Source: Chlamydiia bacterium (GTDB lineage: Bacteria > Chlamydiota > Chlamydiia > Chlamydiales > JAYUZV01). From it: 53,702 nucleotides of DNA. The stretch spans positions 1 through 53,702 of the forward strand of contig JAYUZV010000011.1 in assembly GCA_043751475.1 (NCBI GenBank). Direction: 5' to 3'. The notes below the pieces were generated by a model, which did not search any database, was not told the DNA's origin, and was given only the letters and a program-made list of their open reading frames with translations. This document shows, in pieces, positions 8,498-17,899 of this stretch (the first letter of the stretch is position 1; every line of letters starts with the position of its first letter). A program made the translations under genes and the position numbers.

Positions 8498-9529
8498 ATG
8501 TCAAATAAGAAGAATGTAGCCCGTATGACGGCCGATGATAAGAGATTAATTAACTGCAAACAGATTGATGTTAATCAGCTGATGCCACTGAAGTATACCT
8601 GGGCCTGGGAGCACTACCTAAACGGATGCGCCAACCACTGGATGCCATCGGAAGTGCCTATGTCTAAGGACATTGAGATGTGGAAATCAAATGGCCTTAG
8701 CGCAGATGAGAAGCGAGTGATCATGCGCAACCTCGGTTTTTTCAGCACAGCTGAGAGCCTTGTAGGCAATAACATTGTTCTTGCAATATTTAAGCACATC
8801 ACAAACCCAGAGGCGCGCCAATACCTTCTGCGTCAAGCTTTTGAAGAAGCGATTCACACCCACACCTTCCACTACATCGTCGAATCGCTATCGCTCGACC
8901 AAGGCGAGGTTTTCAATATGTACAACGAGATCGAATCGATCCAAGACAAGGACCAATTCGAGATGAAAATCACCCAAGACATTCTGAAAGAGGACTTTAC
9001 AACAGATACCCTAGAGGGCATGAGACTCTTTCTAAAGAATCTGATTGGCTACTACATCATTATGGAAGGAATCTTCTTCTATAGTGGCTTTGTGATGATT
9101 CTATCCTTTAATAGACAGAACAAAATGACTGGTATTGGCGAGCAGTTCCAATATATCCTGCGCGATGAGACAACCCACCTAAACTTCGGTATTGACCTAA
9201 TTAACGGGATTAAAGAGGAAAACCCGGAGCTATTTTCTCTTGATTTCCAGGCAGAGATTGCAGCGCTTATTAAAGAGGCTGTTGAGCTTGAAATCCGCTA
9301 CGCAGAAGATTGTCTACCGCGCGGCATTTTAGGCCTTACAGCGCCAATGTTCCGCGAATATGTGCAGCATATTGCAGATAGACGCCTTGAGAGAATCGGT
9401 ATGAAGGGAATGTATGGCTCTAAAAACCCATTTCCATGGATGAGCGAAACAATTGACCTTGGCAAGGAGAAGAACTTCTTCGAAACAAGAGTCAATGAGT
9501 ACCAGTCCGCCGCCAGCCTCGCCTGGTAG
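8498..9529 (+). CDS. nrdB: Ribonucleotide reductase beta subunit, class Ic-like (Phe at the radical-Tyr position, Glu at the first metal ligand)
   Basis: [12 protein letters not shown] aligns with the E. coli ETIHSRSYTHI block and places F124 (codon 8867..8869) at the Tyr122 position. STAESLV places E86 (8753..8755) at the Asp84 position. Ferritin-like ExxH pairs are present. Confidence 0.95.
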   Translation: MSNKKNVARMTADDKRLINCKQIDVNQLMPLKYTWAWEHYLNGCANHWMPSEVPMSKDIEMWKSNGLSADEKRVIMRNLGFFSTAESLVGNNIVLAIFKHITNPEARQYLLRQAFEEAIHTHTFHYIVESLSLDQGEVFNMYNEIESIQDKDQFEMKITQDILKEDFTTDTLEGMRLFLKNLIGYYIIMEGIFFYSGFVMILSFNRQNKMTGIGEQFQYILRDETTHLNFGIDLINGIKEENPELFSLDFQAEIAALIKEAVELEIRYAEDCLPRGILGLTAPMFREYVQHIADRRLERIGMKGMYGSKNPFPWMSETIDLGKEKNFFETRVNEYQSAASLAW

Positions 9530-9550
9530 CAAAGATCCACAAGATCAAAA

Positions 9551-9620
9551 AAGCAAGATAAGCAAGGAAGAGGGTTTGCTTATCTTGCTTATCTTCGTCC
9601 AGATCCTATTATCCGTGCTT
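9551..9620 (+). repeat. Degenerate or solo member of the repeat family (R9), probably acting as the nrdB terminator hairpin
   Basis: Perfect 15-bp stem aagcaagataagcaa (9551..9565) / ttgcttatcttgctt (9576..9590), followed by atcctattatccgtgc. That sequence resembles the variant-A arm (atcctgttatccgtgc). Confidence 0.6.
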
Positions 9621-9702
9621 TATTAGAAATTAGTTGAAGTTAATTTGTTATTAAAATAAATTATAATTAGACAATTGACAAAACGCACTGGATAATAACA
9701 TT

Positions 9703-10704
9703 ATGGAAAAATCTCATTTTGATGAACATCAGATCCACGATACAGAAACCATGAAGCAATTTGTCACTGCCTCTGGAAAGTGGGAGATCAGTGCATCGGA
9801 TTTGGCTCACCTCAGCTATAAAGCAGCCGAGCGTATGGCCCAGCACAAAGAGCATATCGACGGTGGCTACAAAGATTATGCCAACCACGCCTTTAACATT
9901 TTTATCCAGATCTATAAATCCCCCTCTGCCACCTACGGCGAAACTTGGCTGAAAAAAATTCAAGATATCTGGCACAGCATTGCAAACCAAACTGAACTAG
10001 ATGAAGATACGCTTGAAGATGCCTTTTATACAAAAGCAAAAACAACTCTTGCCGAATATCCGGCGGCCTGGGCATCAATACTTTACGACTACACACGCTA
10101 TGTCCAGCGCACATCATTTGATAGGAAGTATGACGATCTCTTCATGAGTCTTAATAGAGCGATGTTTGGTAAACTCGTTCTTATAGAGGATATCTACACA
10201 AGACCTGAGCAGCGCGATGTGGAGACCTTTAGAAAGTTTATCCTCTGCGCGCAGGACTCCCCTTGGAGCGCTTATAGCAAGCAAATTGCTGAAATTACCC
10301 TGTTAACAGCTGGCCGAATTGCCACCCACCGCGAGCATATTAATGGCGTCTATACCAATTATATTGACCATGCGGCAGGTATTTTTAGAGCCCTCAATCA
10401 GACCGATAGCAATAAGCATGCTAGATCTTGGTTAAAAGAGATTGCAAGTGCCTATAAGGAGTTTGATGTCTCAGAAGAGATAACAAGAGGAAGTCCGATC
10501 GATTTTCACACGGCAAATAGCCACCTATTTAACAAATATCCAGAAGTTTGGGTGCAAATTGCCTATGACGTGCTGAAATATAACCAGTATGTCGCGGGTC
10601 AAAATGATGAGAGTAAAAAGCTAATGAACACTTTTGACAAGCTGCGCGGCCACATCACCTGGGACTTTAAAGACACCGAACACTTGCGCTTCGAAGCCGC
10701 TTAA
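9703..10704 (+). CDS. Hypothetical protein made of two tandem repeats of about 160 aa
   Basis: Internal duplication: AERMAQHKEHIDGGYKDYANHAFNIF...WLKKI...EYPAAWASILYDYTRY matches GRIATHREHINGVYTNYIDHAAGIF...WLKEI...KYPEVWVQIAYDVLKY at an offset of 160-161 residues. Confidence 0.6.
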   Translation: MEKSHFDEHQIHDTETMKQFVTASGKWEISASDLAHLSYKAAERMAQHKEHIDGGYKDYANHAFNIFIQIYKSPSATYGETWLKKIQDIWHSIANQTELDEDTLEDAFYTKAKTTLAEYPAAWASILYDYTRYVQRTSFDRKYDDLFMSLNRAMFGKLVLIEDIYTRPEQRDVETFRKFILCAQDSPWSAYSKQIAEITLLTAGRIATHREHINGVYTNYIDHAAGIFRALNQTDSNKHARSWLKEIASAYKEFDVSEEITRGSPIDFHTANSHLFNKYPEVWVQIAYDVLKYNQYVAGQNDESKKLMNTFDKLRGHITWDFKDTEHLRFEAA

Positions 10705-10739
10705 TATTAAATGATTAACAAACAAAAGGAGAATAAACT

Positions 10740-11114
10740 ATGGCATTCAATTTGGATGACGCAAAAAAAATTTACGAAAAAGCTAACAAGATCCAAAAAG
10801 AGATTGACGCTGTAGCCGGAGATTCAGATATCGCAGATGAACTTATTAAGTGGAGCGAAGGCTGGTCGAAAGAAAACAAAGATATGCCTAAAGAACTTAA
10901 AACAGCTTTTGACCTCCTGCATAAAATTACGAAGAATTCATTTGCTTGGAGCTCCGCTACAGCTATCCCTCAAACAAAACCAACTTTACTAGCCCTCTAC
11001 GCTTTTGCAAGTAGCCGCGGATTTAAAAACACAAAAGTCCAAGCGCTTCTTCAACAAAAACCGCTTCCAGACCTAACTGCCATGATGAAAGATGCAGCTA
11101 AAAAAGCGGCGTAA
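10740..11114 (+). CDS. Hypothetical small helical protein
   Basis: 124-aa ORF with aaggag upstream (10725..10730), followed by a strong terminator at 11132..11156. I recognise no motif. Confidence 0.55.
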   Translation: MAFNLDDAKKIYEKANKIQKEIDAVAGDSDIADELIKWSEGWSKENKDMPKELKTAFDLLHKITKNSFAWSSATAIPQTKPTLLALYAFASSRGFKNTKVQALLQQKPLPDLTAMMKDAAKKAA

Positions 11115-11131
11115 GCAAGCAAGCTTGATGG

Positions 11132-11156
11132 GGAGGGCGAAAGCCCTCCTTTTTTT
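11132..11156 (+). terminator. Rho-independent terminator
   Basis: Stem ggagggc (11132..11138), GAAA tetraloop, gccctcc (11143..11149), then a T7 run (11150..11156). Confidence 0.8.
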
Positions 11157-11188
11157 ACATAATTAATAAAAAGAATGAGCCTTTATAG

Positions 11189-11698
11189 ATGTCACTAAAA
11201 AAAGAGCTTACCGAAGCAATGAATAATCCCAAGATATTCGATTCTATGAAAATTTCTGGATTTAACCAGATTGTCTCATCTCTTGCCCATATTGAAGATG
11301 ATAAAAGTAAACAACTACCTGGACAAAATAAACATCTTCTTTTTATGTCAGCACCCGCTATTTGGCTTTGCAATACTATAGAAAACAGATATCTATGTAA
11401 TTTCCTTAATGTTTCAAAAGCAACCACCGATTTTGTAAAAAATAGCAATTTACCAGACCCAGCTACACCCTATGAAGGAAAAGGAAATAGGCTAGATCAG
11501 GAAAAAGCTCTATATAACAGCTACCAAAAGTTTTTCTTTTCCGGTATTGGTTCACAAACTCCCTCAACTCGTCTAATTGACCTTTGCAAAATTTGGGCCG
11601 CCTACTACCTCTACCGTCCTGCCATGCCAGGTGACGAGCGGGGCGAGCCAAAAAACCACGCAACCGTTCGGCTGATTACAAAAAAACCATTGAAGTAA
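11189..11698 (+). CDS. Hypothetical protein
   Basis: 169-aa ORF. It is longer than the competing antisense ORF 11155..11448 and is followed by a bidirectional terminator at 11781..11804. I recognise no motif. Confidence 0.5.
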   Translation: MSLKKELTEAMNNPKIFDSMKISGFNQIVSSLAHIEDDKSKQLPGQNKHLLFMSAPAIWLCNTIENRYLCNFLNVSKATTDFVKNSNLPDPATPYEGKGNRLDQEKALYNSYQKFFFSGIGSQTPSTRLIDLCKIWAAYYLYRPAMPGDERGEPKNHATVRLITKKPLK

Positions 11699-11780
11699 TC
11701 TACAAAGCTGTTGAAAAAGCCCAAAAGAGAACAGTTAAAGTAAAAAAAGCTGCTTAATTTCAATGGAGTAGGAGGTAAAA

Positions 11781-11804
11781 GCCGGGAGATTCCCGGCTTT
11801 TTTT
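11781..11804. terminator. Bidirectional intrinsic terminator between convergent genes
   Basis: Stem gccggga (11781..11787), loop gat, tcccggc (11791..11797). It is flanked by aaaa upstream and T7 downstream. The SET-gene stop codon is at 11809. Confidence 0.75.
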
Positions 11805-11808
11805 ATTG

Positions 11809-12558
11809 CTAGAATTTTTCTGGGCGGGAGCCAAGATCTTTCCAGTAATCACTTCCATAGTCATAGAGGAGCTGACTGCCGGCTGGGATGTCGCGAGAGG
11901 CGACAAAAAAGATGTGGCCGAGCCCTTTCCAGAAGAAATATTCGCTATCGATGTTATTCTTTTTAGAGCGCGTACTGGCGTGGTTCATAAACTGGGCATA
12001 GCCCCCTTTGCGCTGCGGATCGATGACCCACGCATTCATCTTTGTCCCATCAAAGCCGAAGAGATAGCCGTTGTCTTCCGCTTCATCATGCAAACAGATC
12101 TCGCCTGGATAGTTGGTGATGACGGATCCCTTCGGGATATCCTCTTTAGTAAAAAGACCATAGCCCACAGCATCACTCACCTTGCGAATCTCCACACGAG
12201 AGGCGTAGACATCGCTTGCATCTTCCTGAACTGTGTCGATCAGCTCAATAAAAGCGCGCTGAAGTTTAGAGGGTCTTTTGGGCACCATTTTTTCCGCAAA
12301 CTTAGCAAAATGTTCGCTAAAGGCGATGCGATATTTTGCCTTTACTGTCACCTTGGAGGTGTATTTAATCTTTGTCTCAAAATTTAGGCGATTTTTAAAG
12401 GTTGCAGAGAGTTCATTGTTTTCAGATTTTATCTCTTTTGCTAGTTCCGCAAGAATGCGAGAACCATTTCCATCTTCTATCTCGAGTTTCTTCTTTCCAA
12501 AAGGGAAGCGGTAGTCGGAAAAAAGCCCCTTGATTGCACTAAAAATCGTCTTTCCCAT
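11809..12558 (-). CDS. SET-domain protein (putative protein lysine methyltransferase, similar to the chlamydial SET/NUE type)
   Basis: GYGLFTKEDIPKGSVITNYPGEI, FMNHAS (NH motif) and SRDIPAGSQLLYDYG (ELxxDY-like) form a SET fold signature in the C-terminal half. Confidence 0.85.
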   Translation of the reverse strand: MGKTIFSAIKGLFSDYRFPFGKKKLEIEDGNGSRILAELAKEIKSENNELSATFKNRLNFETKIKYTSKVTVKAKYRIAFSEHFAKFAEKMVPKRPSKLQRAFIELIDTVQEDASDVYASRVEIRKVSDAVGYGLFTKEDIPKGSVITNYPGEICLHDEAEDNGYLFGFDGTKMNAWVIDPQRKGGYAQFMNHASTRSKKNNIDSEYFFWKGLGHIFFVASRDIPAGSQLLYDYGSDYWKDLGSRPEKF

Positions 12559-12647
12559 ATCGGTTGCCTCTATATTTTATAACTCTTATCTCTAAATAGC
12601 GCACTTAAGCTAATATTAGAAAGATCTTTTATAAGTGCAGGAGTGAT

Positions 12648-15545
12648 ATGAGCAGCAAAAACCTTACAAATAGCCATTTTCTAATAGAAAAAGAGGTGGA
12701 GATAGCCGAAATTGGGATAACGCTCTGCCTATTGCGCCATAAAAAAACAGGGGCACGTATAGTGCATCTGCAAAATCCGGAAGATCCCGAAAATGTCTTT
12801 GCCATATCACTCCTAACAATTCCCGACAGCAGCAACGGCGTTGCGCACATTTTAGAGCATACTGTTCTTTGCGGGTCGAAAAAATATCCGGTTAAAGACC
12901 CCTTCTTTTCTATGACGCGAAGGAGCCTTGCCACATTTATGAATGCCCTCACCTGGCCAGACCACACCTGCTATCCGGCAGCATCAGAGGTCACACAAGA
13001 TTTTTATAACCTGCTCGGGGTCTATCTAGATGCTGTTTTTTACCCACTGCTAAAAAAAGAGAGCTTTTTGCAAGAAGGGCATAGACTTGCCTTCACAGAA
13101 AGTGAAGATCTTGAATATCAAGGAATTGTATACAACGAAATGAAGGGAGCCCTCTCCTCGCCAGATAGCCGTATCTGGGAGGCGATTATGGAGCAATTAA
13201 CACCGGGTTTAACCTACGCGCACAACTCTGGCGGTGACCCGAAAGAGATTCCAAACCTCACCTATGAGCAGCTGCGCGCCTTTCACGCTAAATTCTACCA
13301 CCCGAGCCAAGCCCTATTTTACTTCTACTCCAACTTGCCGAGAGGCGACCTCCTCTCCTTCCTTGAAGAGAAGTGCTTATCGGGCTTTGAAAAAGCAGAG
13401 CCGCTCCCGGAACTCCCCCTCCAGCCGCGCTTTAAAGCGCCTGTTGCGTCAACTTACTACTACCCAGCAAGTAAAGCGGACGAGGAGGCTAAAGAGGCCA
13501 TTTTCACCTTTGCTCTTCTGACCGGATCTGTCACAAATAGCGAGGATCAGCTCGCTTTGATGCTACTCGATGCAATCCTATTTAACAACGACGCCTCACC
13601 TGTAAAGCGCGCGCTACTCGACTCGAAACTCTGCACGCAAGCCGACGGATATTTAAGCCAAGGATCGACAGAGGTTCCCTACATCATTATCTGCAAAGGG
13701 TGCAAGCAGGGATCGCAAGGGGCTTTATGGAATGTTATCCGCAACAGTCTTGAGCAGCTTGTAAAGGATGGAATTGAGCAGGGACTGGTTGATTCTGCTC
13801 TGCACCAGCTTGAATTTGAAAAACTCGAAATCACCGGTGGGAGCGAACCCTACGGCCTATCCCTCGCCTTCCGTACACTTCCTCTGATGCACTACGGAGC
13901 CGCTCCAGAAGATGGCCTCCTTTTTGTGCAGCAATTTAAAGCCCTGCGCAAATCACTTGAAGATAGTGACTTTTTACCCGCACTGATCCGCCGTTATTTC
14001 CTAGAAAACAACCACAGAGCCGACATCACCTTTCTGCCAGATAGCACCCTTTTTGAAAAAGAGAGCGCTGCCGAAAAAGCTAGCCTCTCCAAAATCGAAA
14101 AAGAGCTCTCGCCAGATAGAAAAACCGAAATTATCCAAATGGCTAAAAAACTCGAAAAAGAGGAGGAGGACAAAAGCTTCTTACTTCCCATGCTCCACCT
14201 ATCTGAAGTTCCAGAGAGCGTTAAACCCTACCCCATCACCTCCTCCAAAAGTGGCAACATCGCCCTATTTCATCACAAAACTGTAACAAATGGGATTGTC
14301 TACGCAACTCTTCATACAGATATGCCGGAGCTCACCCATGATGAGCTGGAGCTCTTTCCTCTTTTCCTAGCAATTTTTACCCAGGTTGGGGTGGGCAAAC
14401 TCTCCTACAAAGAGAATCTGCTGCGGCAGGAGGCGAAGCTCGGCGGAATTTCAGCGAAAATGGATTTTTTTGCGCAAACAGCCGATCCACAACAGTGGAA
14501 GCCAAGCTTCATAGTTCAGGGCAAATCTCTTAGCATGAACAGCAAAGATCTTATGGAGCAGATGCAAGAGGCGCTGCTTCAAACGCGCTTTGATGAGAGC
14601 GAGCGCATTTCGGAGCTAATTCTGCAAATTCAGGAGAGTTTAACGCAGAGAATTACCAAAAATGCACCGGGCTATGCAAGAGCTCTCGCGCTTGCCGGAT
14701 TTTCACCGATGCACGCGACGCGCAACCTCTGGCACGGCCTACCCTACTTCAAAAAAATAGGCGCAATCACCCATGATTTAAACGGTAATTTGCCGCACGT
14801 ACTGGCCACTTTAACCTCTATTAAAAGTAAACTGATCGCCCGTAATCCGCAAATGGTCATTAGCTCCTCTGGGGCTGATTTCGAAACATTAAACGAAAAT
14901 CACTTTTACGACCTATCAGAGATAAAAGTAGCGCCCGGAAAACTCTGGACTCCTACCTTTAGAAGCGAAGAAATAGCAGCTCAGAGGGTCCAGATACCCG
15001 CGAGTGTGGCGTTTAACTGCCTTGGACTACCATCCATTTCGTACAGCCACGCGGACGCCCCCCTTCTTTTGCTGAGCTCAGAGCTGATGAAACTAGTGAC
15101 CCTCCATCCAAAAATCCGCGAGGAGGGCGGAGCCTACGGCTCTGACGCCTCTTACGACCCAGGCAGCGCCACATTCACCTTCTCCTCATTCCGTGACCCA
15201 AACATTGACAAGACATTTAATGTCTTTAAAGAGGCGGCAGAGAGCGTCGCAGAAGGGCGCTTTACAGATGAGCAAGTTTCTGAGGCTAAGCTTGCTATAC
15301 TGCAAGATATGGACTCGCCTGTAGCACCTGGGAATAGAGGAAATGTGGGTTATAGTTTGCTGCGCAGCGGCAAAACAGAGACGATGCGCCTCGCATTTAG
15401 GCATAAACTGCTGACAGCTAGCAAGCAAGAGATCGCGCGCGCTGTGAAAGAGCATCTGCTGAGCCAATTTGCTAGCGCCATCCCGATAAGCTTTGCCGGT
15501 AAGGAGCTAAAAAGCTCCCTACTACCCACCACCGACTCTTTCTAG
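12648..15545 (+). CDS. M16C-family (PreP/pitrilysin-like) zinc metallopeptidase
   Basis: Inverted zinc motif HxxEH in VAHILEHTVLCGS, followed by NALTWPDHTCYP. At 965 aa it has the four-domain size typical of presequence-protease-like enzymes. Confidence 0.9.
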   Translation: MSSKNLTNSHFLIEKEVEIAEIGITLCLLRHKKTGARIVHLQNPEDPENVFAISLLTIPDSSNGVAHILEHTVLCGSKKYPVKDPFFSMTRRSLATFMNALTWPDHTCYPAASEVTQDFYNLLGVYLDAVFYPLLKKESFLQEGHRLAFTESEDLEYQGIVYNEMKGALSSPDSRIWEAIMEQLTPGLTYAHNSGGDPKEIPNLTYEQLRAFHAKFYHPSQALFYFYSNLPRGDLLSFLEEKCLSGFEKAEPLPELPLQPRFKAPVASTYYYPASKADEEAKEAIFTFALLTGSVTNSEDQLALMLLDAILFNNDASPVKRALLDSKLCTQADGYLSQGSTEVPYIIICKGCKQGSQGALWNVIRNSLEQLVKDGIEQGLVDSALHQLEFEKLEITGGSEPYGLSLAFRTLPLMHYGAAPEDGLLFVQQFKALRKSLEDSDFLPALIRRYFLENNHRADITFLPDSTLFEKESAAEKASLSKIEKELSPDRKTEIIQMAKKLEKEEEDKSFLLPMLHLSEVPESVKPYPITSSKSGNIALFHHKTVTNGIVYATLHTDMPELTHDELELFPLFLAIFTQVGVGKLSYKENLLRQEAKLGGISAKMDFFAQTADPQQWKPSFIVQGKSLSMNSKDLMEQMQEALLQTRFDESERISELILQIQESLTQRITKNAPGYARALALAGFSPMHATRNLWHGLPYFKKIGAITHDLNGNLPHVLATLTSIKSKLIARNPQMVISSSGADFETLNENHFYDLSEIKVAPGKLWTPTFRSEEIAAQRVQIPASVAFNCLGLPSISYSHADAPLLLLSSELMKLVTLHPKIREEGGAYGSDASYDPGSATFTFSSFRDPNIDKTFNVFKEAAESVAEGRFTDEQVSEAKLAILQDMDSPVAPGNRGNVGYSLLRSGKTETMRLAFRHKLLTASKQEIARAVKEHLLSQFASAIPISFAGKELKSSLLPTTDSF

Positions 15546-15546
15546 C

Positions 15547-15915
15547 AGCACCGATCAGCACGCTAGCAAGCAAGAGAGCAAGAAAGAAAAATTGGCAGGA
15601 TACAGGATGGGCAGGATAAGGCGAGGATAAAGAAAAGGGATAAGTAAGAAGGCAAGGTTTTAATTAATAAAGGGTTAAAGCAGCTACAGAGAGGAGCGCC
15701 CCTCCGGAGGAGCGGGATTTTGCACTTAGCAAAATCCGAGGAACAAATGAAAAAAACGTGTTTTTTCATTTATCCTCCCCCTTATCCCTTATCTTTTCTT
15801 ATCCTTTCTTATCCTGTTATCCGTGCGGATTCTCTTTCTTTCTTACCCCTTTCCCTTATCCTCGGCTGATCCTGCCCATCCTCTATCCGTGCAAACCCTC
15901 TTTCTTGCTTCCCCA
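15547..15915 (-). repeat. Palindromic intergenic element R2 (variant-B outer arms, variant-A-like inner right arm, core in - orientation)
   Basis: Left arm gcaagaaagaaaaattggcaggatacaggatgggcaggataaggcgaggataaag (15578..15632) pairs imperfectly with 15854..15908. The core is at 15684..15780 on the minus strand. Hairpin B is at 15715..15737 (ggattttgc / gcaaaatcc). Confidence 0.85.
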
Positions 15916-16003
15916 CCCACTTATTGTTATAAAACTTGACGGGAGTTAATAGTTTTTATTAGGATGAGCTAATTGATAGTAATTATTAATTGGACGCTTG
16001 TTT

Positions 16004-17464
16004 ATGAAATTATTAAGGCCGATTGCCCTAGCCCTCTCACTCTCTCTTTGCGCGCTTCACGCAGAAAATAGCGCAGATGTTGCCGCACTTAAATCACTCT
16101 CAAATGGCTTTAGAGAAGTCGCAAAAAAGGCAACGCCAGCTGTTGTCTTTTTAGAGGTCCAAGTCGCGGGTGCTAGTGAGGAGATGGGCAGTGCAGGGGC
16201 AACCCCTTTTGAAGATGACGCCCTTGAAAACTTCTTTGGCCACTCATTTAAGCGAGGCAAGCCAAGCTACCAGACTCAATCTCAAGGTTCTGGGTTTTTT
16301 GTCTCGAGCGATGGTTACATTTTGACAAACAACCACGTTGTGGCTAATGCCTCTAAAATTATTGTCCGCACAACACTTAACCGCGACTATGTCGCAAGCG
16401 TTATTGGAACAGATAAATCTAGCGATATGGCACTACTAAAAATTGAGGGTAAAAATTTCCCCTATCTCGAATTTGCAAAGCCGGATACGTTAGAGGTTGG
16501 TGAGTGGGCCATTGCTATTGGCAGCCCCTTCGCCCTTTCAAACACATTCACAGTAGGTGTTGTGAGCGCAAAAGGACGCAGCACCTTGCGCATTGCCGAC
16601 TACGAAGATTTTGTCCAGACAGATGCGGCAATTAACCCCGGCAATTCGGGCGGTCCTTTAATTAATCTCGATGGAAAAATCATTGGAATTAACACGGCAA
16701 TTGCTTCAAAATCTGGCGGCTACAACGGAATTGGCTTTGCAATCCCCGTTAATTTAGCAACATTTGTGATGAATCAACTGAAAACAAATGGCAAGGTCTC
16801 TCGCGGCTTTTTAGGTGTTGGACTACGCGAAATCGATGCTGAAATGGCGTCTAAATTTAAGCTGCAAATGGTTGAGGGAGCCCTTATTTCTGAGGTAGAA
16901 ACAGGCTCCCCTGCCGCTACTGCTGGATTAAAACTCGGCGATATTATCCTCGAATTTAACGATAAGCCGGTGACAGATTACGGAAAATTGCGCAATGAGA
17001 TCTCGATGACCCCTCCTGGACAGAGTGTCGCAATAAAGGTACTACGTGCAGATGGCGCTACTATCACATTAAACCCGATTCTTGGCTCTGCCGCAGGACA
17101 CGCCAGCAGCGCAGCGGGTATGGTTAAAAAATTAGGTTTTACTGTTAAAGATATTTCTAAAGCCTTTAGAAGCAAAATAGAAGCGCAAATCGGTGAGAGC
17201 GCCGGAAGTTTGCAGGGCTGCTATGTCTCCTCGCTTCTTGTCGGGACTCATGCCCAGCACAGAGGTGTCCATGTCGGTATGGTCATTGATGAGGTCAATC
17301 GCACGCCGGTTACAAATGCCGCCGAATTCAATAAAGCCGTTGCCGCCTACCTAGAAGATGTCAAACTCTCGGCTGGCAAGAAAAAACCGGCTCTACTCTT
17401 GCGCGCTGTTTCGATTAAGTCCGGCAAAGCACTCTCCTCCTACATCACCATCCCCACTCCGTAG
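16004..17464 (+). CDS. htrA: HtrA/DegP periplasmic serine protease with two PDZ domains
   Basis: Signal peptide MKLLRPIALALSLSLCALHA. Catalytic triad contexts NNHVV, DMALLKI and GNSGGPL. A C-terminal PDZ-like region is present. The ORF track starts at TTG 15998; ATG 16004 is preferred. Confidence 0.9.
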   Translation: MKLLRPIALALSLSLCALHAENSADVAALKSLSNGFREVAKKATPAVVFLEVQVAGASEEMGSAGATPFEDDALENFFGHSFKRGKPSYQTQSQGSGFFVSSDGYILTNNHVVANASKIIVRTTLNRDYVASVIGTDKSSDMALLKIEGKNFPYLEFAKPDTLEVGEWAIAIGSPFALSNTFTVGVVSAKGRSTLRIADYEDFVQTDAAINPGNSGGPLINLDGKIIGINTAIASKSGGYNGIGFAIPVNLATFVMNQLKTNGKVSRGFLGVGLREIDAEMASKFKLQMVEGALISEVETGSPAATAGLKLGDIILEFNDKPVTDYGKLRNEISMTPPGQSVAIKVLRADGATITLNPILGSAAGHASSAAGMVKKLGFTVKDISKAFRSKIEAQIGESAGSLQGCYVSSLLVGTHAQHRGVHVGMVIDEVNRTPVTNAAEFNKAVAAYLEDVKLSAGKKKPALLLRAVSIKSGKALSSYITIPTP

Positions 17465-17812
17465 CACGGATCAGTAAGATAGCAAGCAGGATCAGTAAGA
17501 TAAAGTAAGAAAACCCGCAGGGATAACAGGATATTCAGGATAAGAAAGATAAGGATAAGGGGGAGGATAAATGAAAAAAACATTGTTTTTTCATTTGCTC
17601 CTCGGATCGCGCATCAAGGGCGCGATCCCGCTCCTCCGGAATGGCACACCTCTCTGCAGTTGCATTAACCCTTTCTCTCTTAAAATCTTACATTCTTTCT
17701 TGTTCTTGTAATTTTTTTTCTTATCCTCTTACTTATCCTGAATATCCTGTCATCCGCGCAAATTCTCTTTCTTACTTTCTTGCTTACTTTATCTTGCTGA
17801 TCCTTGCTCTAT
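17465..17812 (+). repeat. Palindromic intergenic element R3 (variant-A arms, core in + orientation)
   Basis: Left arm ggataacaggatattcaggataag (17521..17544) and right arm cttatcctgaatatcctgtcatcc (17733..17756). The core is at 17559..17659. Hairpin B is at 17604..17628 (ggatcgcgc / gcgcgatcc). Outer tracts rich in gtaag/cttac also pair. Confidence 0.85.
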
Positions 17813-17899
17813 TAGCGTTTTAGGGTGGTTTATACGGGTTTTTATAGCTATTTTCAAAGAGTATATGCTAAAATCGCAACTCCTTAATGAGGTGTTTTT

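Noticed and set aside
11155-11448. 97-aa minus-strand ORF competing with 11189-11698(+).
   Set aside because: It is shorter than the plus-strand ORF and would start inside it and run into the terminator at 11132-11156. The plus-strand ORF fits the surrounding same-strand gene and terminator layout. Confidence in the plus-strand call is still only moderate.
11806-12387. 193-aa ORF on the plus strand, opposite the SET-domain gene.
   Set aside because: It is entirely antisense to a gene with clear SET motifs, has no recognisable motif of its own and no start signals, and is a typical shadow ORF.
15563-15949. Track ORFs that run through repeat arms: 15758-15949(+), 17641-17823(+), 38903-39109(+), 40849-41040(+), 40812-41030(-), and the arm-derived C-terminal part of 15563-15769(-).
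   Set aside because: Their similarity to each other (for example FLSYPFLSCYPC-type strings) is simply the translation of the pyrimidine-rich repeat arms. The frames and lengths differ between copies and they lack start contexts. Only the short core-internal mini-ORF was kept, as a hypothesis.
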